DNA of 35,886 bases from a virus (lineage: Duplodnaviria; Caudoviricetes), in IMG/VR virus record IMGVR_UViG_3300037478_000284, positions 1 to 35,886 of that record. One strand, 5' to 3'. Position numbers and translations under genes: made by a program. Positions 26,827-34,147 of this stretch are shown piece after piece (positions within the stretch are counted from its first letter, which is position 1; the number at the start of each line of letters is the position of its first letter). Under the pieces are notes generated by a model, which worked only from the letters and a program-made list of their open reading frames with translations, searched no databases and was not told where the DNA came from.

Positions 26827-28766
26827 CAGCCCCACCACGAGTCTACTAGGTCGACCTGGCTGTCAACAGACAGGTGCATGGATTGCTTGGCCTGGTCGTG
26901 CAGCCCGGAGTCCCACCACGTGGGCACGTGTCCGGTGTTCTCCTCGCCCCGGTAGGCGCGGATCAGGTCCCGGGCCCGGATCTCGGCGAACCACCACGAC
27001 ATCAGGATGTCGGTCGGCGCCTTCGTTTCCGGGAAGAACGTGGCGGCCTGCTCGATGAACTGGCGAATGGCCTCCGAATGCTTCGGGTTCGGCAGTTCGA
27101 TCTGGGCGTTGTCCTTGGCGAACAGGCCCGCCATGCCCATGACCCCGGCGATCGGGTCCCACTTGTTCTTGCCGGAGGTCTGGTGCGGCGCCAGGATGCA
27201 GCCCTCGTTGGCCAGGTCGGTGACGATCTCGGTGTCCTGCATGATCCAGTTGGACAATAGCACCGCCTCGACGCGCCACTCCTTGATCTTGTACAGCTTG
27301 GTGAACGGGATGATGACCGCGCGGACCTGGCCCGGAGTCATCCGGGACTGGTTGACGACGTCCAGCAGGTAGCGCTTGCGCTCCTTGAGGTGGATGCCGT
27401 ACACGGTGAACGCGGTGTAGCCGGTGCTGGCCGGGTCCATGCCGCCGATGACGTACAGGTCGTCCATGGTGGGCCGCCCCAAGGCGGCCTCCGCCATCGA
27501 CGTCTGCAGCGGCCCGTTCCGGCGGTTCTTGTTGACGGCGGCCTTGATCAGCTCCCGCGGGAAGATGGCCGAGTCCTCAAGGTCACCCTGCTGGTAACCT
27601 TGGATCCAGGCGGCCTCGCCGACCACGTCGCGACGGTCGGACAGTCGCGGCCCGTCCCACATGACGAAGGTGCCGTCGTCGAACGCGGGAGTCTCGTCGC
27701 CCACCTGCGGCATATTGGACCGCGGCCACACGGTGACCCAGTCCTTCGGATCCTCAGCGAACTCCAGCACGGCCGGCTGCGCGAAGTATGTCCACGCCGG
27801 CTTTACACCAGGGGCGTACCTGTCGGGGTTTCGCAACTCCTTGTACAGGTCGACCTGCGCCACGCGAGAACCGATGACCAGCACCTTGCCGGTCGCGCCG
27901 GCACGGGTGGACACCATGCGCGTGATCCAGTTGAACTGCTTGTCGACTTCGAGGTAGTTCTCGGTGTCAATGCAGTCGTCCAGGATGAACACTGTGGCGC
28001 GCTTGCCGTAGATCTGGCCGCGCATGCCGACGGCCTGCACGGTGGGGTCCTTGGCCAGCTGCTTGCGCATCTTGGGGCCGAACCGGATGCGATACTGCGA
28101 CCACTCGGTGCAGGCCTTCTCGTAGCCCTCCTCGGGACCGAAGTCGTCCTGCAACTTGGCGTATGTCGGATTGGTCAAGAACTCCTTGATGCCGGACAGG
28201 AAGTCGCCGGCCATCTCGCGGTTCTTGGAGACGATGGTGATAAGCTGCTCGGGATCCTTGACGATCTTCCACAGCGTCCAGGCGATCGTGACGGTGGAGG
28301 TCTTGGCGTGCTCGGGCGGCGTGTTGACGATCAGGTGGGTCATTCGGCCCGGATTGTAGATCTGGGCCTCGTGCAGGTCGCGGGGGTCGCGCCCCTCCAG
28401 CAGGTCGAACCACTGCAGCTGGTGCCAGTGCAGTTCCCAGCCCAAGTACTCCTTGCAGAACTCGGGGAAGTCCGGCACCTCGCGCCGGCCCTCCGCCCGG
28501 TCCCGGCGAAGCCGACCGGTGACCCGGTCGGCGGCCGCCTTGAACTCGGGGTAGCGGTCGCGCCACTTCTCGTAGGTGGACGCGGCGTAGCCGATCCGCC
28601 GGCAGGCCTCCTCGACGGTGGCGCCGTCGCCGCGCAGCTTGAGGAACTTCTCCTGCGCCAACTCGCGATTCAGCCGCGTGTGCTTGCGCCCGCCAGTCCC
28701 CTCGCCGTTCTCCGTGGGCTCCTTGCGGCGAGGACCCTTCTCGGCCTCAATTCGGATCAGCGCCAT
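26826..28766 (-). CDS. terL: Terminase large subunit with N-terminal HTH extension
   Basis: Walker A variant 'NTPPEHAKT', Walker B 'VFILDD', coupling motif 'VIGSR', nuclease 'IGGMDPA' and 'TDILMS.WF'. Confidence 0.92.
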   Translation of the reverse strand: MALIRIEAEKGPRRKEPTENGEGTGGRKHTRLNRELAQEKFLKLRGDGATVEEACRRIGYAASTYEKWRDRYPEFKAAADRVTGRLRRDRAEGRREVPDFPEFCKEYLGWELHWHQLQWFDLLEGRDPRDLHEAQIYNPGRMTHLIVNTPPEHAKTSTVTIAWTLWKIVKDPEQLITIVSKNREMAGDFLSGIKEFLTNPTYAKLQDDFGPEEGYEKACTEWSQYRIRFGPKMRKQLAKDPTVQAVGMRGQIYGKRATVFILDDCIDTENYLEVDKQFNWITRMVSTRAGATGKVLVIGSRVAQVDLYKELRNPDRYAPGVKPAWTYFAQPAVLEFAEDPKDWVTVWPRSNMPQVGDETPAFDDGTFVMWDGPRLSDRRDVVGEAAWIQGYQQGDLEDSAIFPRELIKAAVNKNRRNGPLQTSMAEAALGRPTMDDLYVIGGMDPASTGYTAFTVYGIHLKERKRYLLDVVNQSRMTPGQVRAVIIPFTKLYKIKEWRVEAVLLSNWIMQDTEIVTDLANEGCILAPHQTSGKNKWDPIAGVMGMAGLFAKDNAQIELPNPKHSEAIRQFIEQAATFFPETKAPTDILMSWWFAEIRARDLIRAYRGEENTGHVPTWWDSGLHDQAKQSMHLSVDSQVDLVDSWWG

Positions 28767-28897
28767 CAGAACCCCAATCGCCAGCGCTCTTCAAGCGGAT
28801 CCACGCGAATGCGCCGGAGGCACGTCAACAGGTAGGTGAACGCCTCCCCATCCGGGAGGCGTTCCACAATGGCGGCCAGACGCTCCTCCTCGATCAC
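28766..28897 (-). CDS. Small hypothetical peptide (43 aa) linking the protease gene and terL
   Basis: GTG at 28897 overlaps the protease stop and its TGA overlaps the terL ATG; VIEEERLAAIVERLPDGEAFTYLLTCLRRIRVDPLEERWRLGF. Confidence 0.55.
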   Translation of the reverse strand: MIEEERLAAIVERLPDGEAFTYLLTCLRRIRVDPLEERWRLGF

Positions 28898-29835
28898 AGC
28901 TCCAGGTCCAGCGCGTCGAACACGTTGCCGATGTTGTTGCAGATGGTGACCTGGTCGGAGCCGGCGAACAGCAGGCCCACGAGCTGGCCGTACGCGTCCA
29001 CCACCGCGGACCCGGAGTCGCCGGGCGCGGACATGGGGCCGGCGACGAACTGGTCGCGGAACACCGCGATCTTGCCCTCGCCGTACTGCACCTGGACGGT
29101 TACGCCCGTCTGCAGCACCTTGTCGGCCGTGAAGCCGGTGGTGCGGCCGCTCTTTCGGACCACTGTGCCGATGGCCACGGCGGCGGTGCCGACTGGCACC
29201 CCGATGTCGCGGATGTCTGAGGACAGGTCCTCGTTCCGCGCCGGCATTGCCACCGCGGCGTCGACCAGGTTGTCCAGCGCTTCGGGCTCGACGACCGGCA
29301 CCAGCCGGGTCTTGCGGAACAGCATCCGGGACAGCAGGTTCAGTGGCCAGGCGGTGGCCTTGGCCAGCGGGCACTCCGAGATGACGTCGCCGATGAAGTT
29401 GATCGGCTCGAAGGCGTGCAGCCACCCGATCGCGTCGTCCGGGAGCTGGCCGCCGTCGTACGGGCCCGGCTGCAGGATGGGGTCGCCCAGCTGGGCCGCA
29501 TTGGAGTTGGCGAGCACGTGGTTGTTGGACAGGATCAGGCGCTGGCCACGGGACCAGACGGCGCAGCCCAGCGTGCCGGCCGTGATGTCCACGTGGCCGA
29601 TGGAGTCGCCGCCTCGGGCCGGCCACCCGAACGCGCGAATGATGCCGGTCTCGACCACGTCCGTGGGCCAGCCGTCGACCTCGTCGGGGACGAGGTCCGA
29701 CGGCGCCAGAGCGTCACTTGGCAGCTTCTTGGTTACGCTTACGGTGACGCAGAACCGGCCGGTGCCGTTCTTGCGGCCGAAGCCGACGGCCACCACGTTG
29801 GCCAGCTGGAGCAGGTCGTCACGATTCGCGGCCAC
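28894..29835 (-). CDS. Trypsin-like (S1) serine protease, Nal1-like architecture
   Basis: Catalytic triad in 'LSNNHVL' (His), 'VDAA' (Asp), 'PGDSGS' (Ser); 'GTLG', 'KSGRTTG'; N-terminal 'V..KK......L.P..V.G.PTDVVE.G' domain; no signal peptide. Confidence 0.88.
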   Translation of the reverse strand: MAANRDDLLQLANVVAVGFGRKNGTGRFCVTVSVTKKLPSDALAPSDLVPDEVDGWPTDVVETGIIRAFGWPARGGDSIGHVDITAGTLGCAVWSRGQRLILSNNHVLANSNAAQLGDPILQPGPYDGGQLPDDAIGWLHAFEPINFIGDVISECPLAKATAWPLNLLSRMLFRKTRLVPVVEPEALDNLVDAAVAMPARNEDLSSDIRDIGVPVGTAAVAIGTVVRKSGRTTGFTADKVLQTGVTVQVQYGEGKIAVFRDQFVAGPMSAPGDSGSAVVDAYGQLVGLLFAGSDQVTICNNIGNVFDALDLEL

Positions 29836-31567
29836 TGAGGATCTCCTTCAACTTCTGGGTTCGGACGGTTTCGTTGTCGGGATTGTGCTGACGGTTCAGC
29901 GGCGGACGCTCCTGCTCGATCAGCCGCGCCTCGTACTCCAGCGCCGACGACCGGGTCGGGAACTCGCGAGCGATCTCCATGGCGACCCCGGCGCGGTTCA
30001 GGTACGGCCGCTTCTTGGACTCCAGATGCTCGGTGGCCCGACGCGTGCCGTCGTTGCTGATGCCGGCGTACAGCAGCGCGTTGCCCGCGGGACGGTAGCG
30101 CCACTCGTACAGGACGTGCGGCTGGCCCTCCAGCAGCTCCGACCACTTGTCCTCCGCGAACTCGTCCCGCGTGGGCACCTCTGGAGGCAGGAGGCCGGCG
30201 GCCAGGGCCGGGATCACCGAATCCGGGACCCATACGGTGCGGAAGCGTTCGAAGCCGCCGCCGAACTCCAGGTGGGCGTAGCCGACGCCCGGCATGGACT
30301 CCGGGATCTGGGAGCAGCGCGCGCCCTGGTTCTCGGCGCCCGGCCCCAGCACCACGTCGGTCATGACGGACGACTCGGTGGCCAGCACCAGCTTCTGCAC
30401 GAACATGCGCCGCAGGCCGCCGACGGTGTCCAGTTGCGGCACCTGCGTCAACGCCCACACGGTGAACGCGGCCTTGCGACCGGCGGACAGGATGTGGCGC
30501 AACTTGTTGGACTTGGTGTTGGACAGCACCCCGTCGAGCGCCAGGAACTCGTCGATGACGAGGATCTCCCACGGCGCGTCCTCGGTCGGCACGTGGTACC
30601 GTCCGGTGTCGTCCATGGTCTCCATGCGCTTCACCATGGCGTCGTACATGTTGCCGATCATCTGCTCGGCCGGCTTGCCGCCGTCGTTGCAGTACTGCCG
30701 TACCAGCGGCGAGCCGGAGAGGGTGGACAGCTCCACCCCGCCGTGCGGGTCCAGTACCCACAGCCGGAACGGTATCCCCGAGGCGATGGCGGACGCCATG
30801 AGGGCCCACAGGGTGCCGGACTTGCCGGAACCCGGTACCCCGACGATGAGCAGGGACTTGATGGTGGCGATCGTAGCCGCGGCGCCGGACTCGGTGAGGC
30901 CGAACGCGAGGCGACCGGTCGCCGGCAGCGGCAGGCGCTCCAGCGGTATCGTTTCGGACAGCGGGTCGGTCCAGCGCATGTGCAGCGTGGCCAGTTGCGG
31001 GGTCTCGCCCGGCACGACCTGCACGAAGCGGCAACCGTCGAGGCTGGTGGCGATGATCTCGGCCTTCGAGGCCAGCCTGGAAGCCGGCACCCCGAACGCG
31101 GCGGTGTTGATGTCGGCGGTCAGGCCCCACTCCGTGGCGTGCACGTTGGACAGGTGCGGAACCCGGATCACGTCGTCCACGACGCGGGACAGGCCGACGT
31201 TGTCGGCGGCCTGGGGCCACAGCGCCATGAGGTTGCGATAGCGCCTCCACGATTCGAAGAGGTCGTGGCGCCACGCTAGCCCCCCCTTCGGGGGGGCTAA
31301 AGCCCTCATCATCTTCCACCCCCGACGCGACCGCCAGGCCACCTCCGGCACGGCGCCCAACAGGGCCGCCGGCAACAGGCCTAGACCACTGACGATCAGC
31401 CACACCGACAGGCCTAGACCAAAGGGGATCAACGGCCGCCGCACTAGACCACCGAGCATCAAGATCACCGACCAGGCGACCAGGTTCCGGTGCACGAAGC
31501 CCAGAAACAGAATCCTGACGATGTCGCGGGGACCCGCGCCCGCCGGAATCGTGGTTACGACGCCCAT
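29819..31567 (-). CDS. FtsK/SpoIIIE (TraB-like) DNA translocase with C-terminal GIY-YIG nuclease domain
   Basis: N-terminal TM helices; Walker A 'GVPGSGKS', 'LDPHGGVEL', Walker B 'ILVIDEF', 'GRKAA', 'LTQ.P', 'PGVGY'; C-terminal 'VLY...LLYAGIS....RR..EH...ALEYEA.LI....P.LN..HN'. Confidence 0.88.
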   Translation of the reverse strand: MGVVTTIPAGAGPRDIVRILFLGFVHRNLVAWSVILMLGGLVRRPLIPFGLGLSVWLIVSGLGLLPAALLGAVPEVAWRSRRGWKMMRALAPPKGGLAWRHDLFESWRRYRNLMALWPQAADNVGLSRVVDDVIRVPHLSNVHATEWGLTADINTAAFGVPASRLASKAEIIATSLDGCRFVQVVPGETPQLATLHMRWTDPLSETIPLERLPLPATGRLAFGLTESGAAATIATIKSLLIVGVPGSGKSGTLWALMASAIASGIPFRLWVLDPHGGVELSTLSGSPLVRQYCNDGGKPAEQMIGNMYDAMVKRMETMDDTGRYHVPTEDAPWEILVIDEFLALDGVLSNTKSNKLRHILSAGRKAAFTVWALTQVPQLDTVGGLRRMFVQKLVLATESSVMTDVVLGPGAENQGARCSQIPESMPGVGYAHLEFGGGFERFRTVWVPDSVIPALAAGLLPPEVPTRDEFAEDKWSELLEGQPHVLYEWRYRPAGNALLYAGISNDGTRRATEHLESKKRPYLNRAGVAMEIAREFPTRSSALEYEARLIEQERPPLNRQHNPDNETVRTQKLKEILSGRES

Positions 31568-31612
31568 TGGTCTAGACCTTCCATTGGACGGTACCCGGAA
31601 CTGGTCTAGACC
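31375..31612. repeat. Cluster of CTAGACC repeats and GGTCTAGACC palindromes
   Basis: CTAGACC begins at 31381, 31414, 31444, 31572 and 31606; ACAGGCCTAGACCA occurs twice; TGGTCTAGACC occurs twice. Confidence 0.8.
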
Positions 31613-32313
31613 CCGTCACCGTTCGATTGCGCGCCGCTCGTGGCCAGAGACCTCGCCTCGTTGCGTACCGACTGGGCGGTACTCTTCGACGCGTTCAACA
31701 GTGACGCGAGTTCGCCGAGACTCTTGCTCTCGTGCCAGGAGTTCGCGAGCACCAGTCTGACTCGCTCGGTGCGCAACCGCTGCCGCGTATCCGCGTTTGC
31801 GGTATCCCTCGTCGAGGTCGTACGCCGCTTGGTATCGCGGGTGCCTGATTGCGCCGTGCTCTTGGTCGCATCGGACGCAGTACGGGTCGTCGTATGCGGC
31901 GGCGGGGAGCTTGTGGCCGAAGAGCGTGCAGCGGAGGCTTGCCATTGTTCCGTACCCTTCGGCACTAGGAGGTGGATCGCGATACCGAGTGACAGTGCGG
32001 GGATGCCGCCGACGGCGGCAATCGTGGCGAAGTCGGGAACCAGCATGCCGGCCTCGAACAGGTGCGCGGCCGCGTTGCCCGCAATGGACAGCGCGATCGC
32101 GCCCGTGGCGACCACCAGGGCCCGCCGGCCGGCGCCGCGCGCGTACTCGATCAGCGCCATGGCGGCCAGCGCGTCGATGCAGAGCGGCAACAGCCACGCG
32201 ATCGACGGATGCCAGCCGGTCTGCAGGGCGAGCATGGTCAAGGCCGTGAACGACGCCGCGACGGCGCCGACGGCCAGTAGCGCGATGATGACGCGCCGAG
32301 CGAACGTGAGCAT
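31606..32313 (-). CDS. DUF2637 / Spd-like multi-TM protein with C-terminal HTH
   Basis: ATG at 32313 with GAGGA RBS; 'ASF.AL..LA...GW...AWLLPL.ID', 'SIAGNAAAH', four TM helices, Ser/Thr linker, HTH 'SLGELASLLNASKSTAQ'. Confidence 0.8.
   Translation of the reverse strand: MLTFARRVIIALLAVGAVAASFTALTMLALQTGWHPSIAWLLPLCIDALAAMALIEYARGAGRRALVVATGAIALSIAGNAAAHLFEAGMLVPDFATIAAVGGIPALSLGIAIHLLVPKGTEQWQASAARSSATSSPPPHTTTRTASDATKSTAQSGTRDTKRRTTSTRDTANADTRQRLRTERVRLVLANSWHESKSLGELASLLNASKSTAQSVRNEARSLATSGAQSNGDGV
31616..31945 (-). CDS. Possible overprinted ORF (109 aa) with Cys/His Zn motif
   Basis: ATG preceded by GAAGGG; 'LRCTLFGHK...YCVRC'; lies in an alternative frame of the DUF2637 gene's low-complexity half. 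Confidence 0.5.
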   Translation of the reverse strand: MASLRCTLFGHKLPAAAYDDPYCVRCDQEHGAIRHPRYQAAYDLDEGYRKRGYAAAVAHRASQTGARELLAREQESRRTRVTVERVEEYRPVGTQRGEVSGHERRAIER

Positions 32314-32582
32314 GGGACGATCCTCACTGGACGGCGGTGGACGGTGGCCGGGCCCGGCGCGACCGTCCAAGCGGCCGGGCCCGGTGTCTCGGGTGCTGTG
32401 GGGTTCGCGCGTCTGGGACGCGCGACCCGCGAGGGTCTCGGATTCTGGGCAGACCTCGCGCGCCTTCGAAAATTGCGCGCGGGGCGCATCAATGCACCGA
32501 AGGATCCGCGATTGCCGCGAGTCGCTGCGGGACGCCGCCCTAGCGGCGGCACGCTGCAGCGCTTGCGCGGAGGCTTCGCCTC

Positions 32583-32602
32583 CTAAGAGTCCTGACTCTT
32601 AG
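32583..32602. promoter_or_regulatory. Perfect inverted repeat, candidate operator
   Basis: CTAAGAGTC-CT-GACTCTTAG. Confidence 0.5.
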
Positions 32603-32642
32603 TTACAGGGTGTCAGAGGCAAAATCCTGACAGGTAGAACGG

Positions 32643-32658
32643 TGTGACTTGCATCACA
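32643..32658. promoter_or_regulatory. CRP/GlxR-type binding box
   Basis: TGTGA-CTTGCA-TCACA is a perfect TGTGA-N6-TCACA in an AT-richer intergenic region. Confidence 0.6.
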
Positions 32659-33150
32659 GTGGCTCTGACCTGCAGCGTTGCAACAAAAAACTTTGGCCGT
32701 CTCACTATGTGGACTGGGTGTCGGGGAGATTTTGGGCAAGGGAGTATGTTCCTCCCCAGGCCACGGATTCATCATCCCGGGGTCAAGTGCATTGGGACAT
32801 TGCACCACGAACCGATGCATCACGGACTCACGGCCACTGGGCACCACTGCAGGCCAGTGCTCCCAGATTCCGTGACCCGTGGTCCATCGTGGTCTAGTGC
32901 AAGCAAACGAAGGCTAATGCCAGCAAACGCGGCCCAATGCGCCTTGATACAGGCGCATGCGCGTGGATGCGCCGAGGTTGGTGCGCTTGGGAAGCGTGGC
33001 TGCCTCTGGCACATGGACTGCCACGCACGCCTCGCACCCTGTGCGCGCTTCGCGCGTGCGGCCTGTAGCAACGCATCCGGGATTGGCGCTCTGGGTGCGG
33101 CCGCCTGGAGCGGCCGCGCAAGATCCTTTGTCCACATGCTGGGCAGGCCC

Positions 33151-33179
33151 TTGACGCCAGTAGCGGGCGAGCGTAGCTT
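33151..33179 (+). promoter_or_regulatory. Host sigma70 (SigA/HrdB)-type early promoter
   Basis: TTGACG-N17-TAGCTT upstream of the rightward early genes. Confidence 0.6.
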
Positions 33180-33414
33180 GGGAATTGCACCACATCGCGA
33201 GACGCCAGTAAGGCCCGGCCCGCCGGGCGCGACAGGCCCTCAGCCATGACCCAGGGTGCGAGACGAGACGCGGAGCGAGGCCCACGGGCCTGCCAGTGCC
33301 GCACAATGGACCGCCAGCACGGCCAAGTGAACTCAGGCGGCGCCACGACCCCCGCACTAGGGGCGAGCGCCAGGCGAGTGCTTGACGCGAGCACTGCAGG
33401 GCGGAGCGCACCGA

Positions 33415-33470
33415 CCTAGGGTGCGCGATGGGTGGCCAGCGCGACGCTGGGCGCCTTTCGTGATTCTAGG
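33415..33470 (+). repeat. Early-region long hairpin, copy 1 (divergent)
   Basis: CCTAGGGT/ATTCTAGG, CGCGA/TCGTG, GGGTG/CGCCT and CCAGCG/CGCTGG stems; followed by GAGAGGA RBS. Confidence 0.65.
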
Positions 33471-33487
33471 ATGAGAGGACAAGGATC

Positions 33488-34057
33488 ATGAGAACTAGCC
33501 CACCGACCGTGATCGCTGGTCAAGGCATTGCCTGCCAGCCGTTCGACAACAGCGGACACTTCGCCTGCAAGGCGGGACCGAGCGGGACCGCCCGCGAGGC
33601 GGTCCACGCCTGGACTCACCCCACGTCGGGCGAGTCCGGCAAGTTCTGCCCACGTCACTCCCCGTTCGACTGGAACGGGGACCACGCCGCGCGACCAGAC
33701 GACCTGCCAGACGAAGGCGACCGCTGCAAAGACTGCGGCCGCGAGATAACGTGGATCGGTCCCAGCGATTACGACTGGGAGCATGCCGAGAGCGCTGAGA
33801 GAGAGGGGACAGGAATCATGGACGACTACACCAACAGGCTTGCCAGCATCGAACGCGACGCGCAAGGCACGGCCGACGCCATACGCGAGGAACACGAGCG
33901 CAAGGCCAAGATCAAGGCCATGACGCCCGGCACGCGCGTTTACGTGCGCCCGTTCGACATGTTCGGCGAGGTGATCGCCGTACACGGCCAGGCATTCCAA
34001 GTCCTCACGCCGGACGGCTCGCGCCGTTTCTGGAGCGTGGGGGAACTGGAGCTGTGA
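33488..34057 (+). CDS. Early hypothetical protein, possibly two fused genes (internal start at 33818)
   Basis: GAGAGGA RBS; Cys/His motifs; second strong RBS with in-frame ATG at 33818. Confidence 0.7.
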   Translation: MRTSPPTVIAGQGIACQPFDNSGHFACKAGPSGTAREAVHAWTHPTSGESGKFCPRHSPFDWNGDHAARPDDLPDEGDRCKDCGREITWIGPSDYDWEHAESAEREGTGIMDDYTNRLASIERDAQGTADAIREEHERKAKIKAMTPGTRVYVRPFDMFGEVIAVHGQAFQVLTPDGSRRFWSVGELEL

Positions 34058-34118
34058 GCGTCGCATGGTGGCCAACCGTACCGCGTGAGCGGTACGGTTG
34101 CCTGCCATGGTCAGCTCA
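34055..34118 (+). repeat. Early-region long hairpin, copy 2
   Basis: TGAGC...CATGG-TG-G-C-CAACCGTACCGC-GTGA-GCGGTACGGTTG-C-C-TG-CCATG-GTCA-GCTCA. Confidence 0.85.
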
Positions 34119-34147
34119 TGACCAACACGAGAGAGAGGACAGGGACC

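Noticed and set aside
33382-33410. Second sigma70 promoter at TTGACG (33382)
   Set aside because: No TANNNT -10 element at 16-18 bp spacing
32599-33411. ORFs called in the divergent intergenic region
   Set aside because: No RBS, no GC3 bias, and mutually overlapping low-complexity translations
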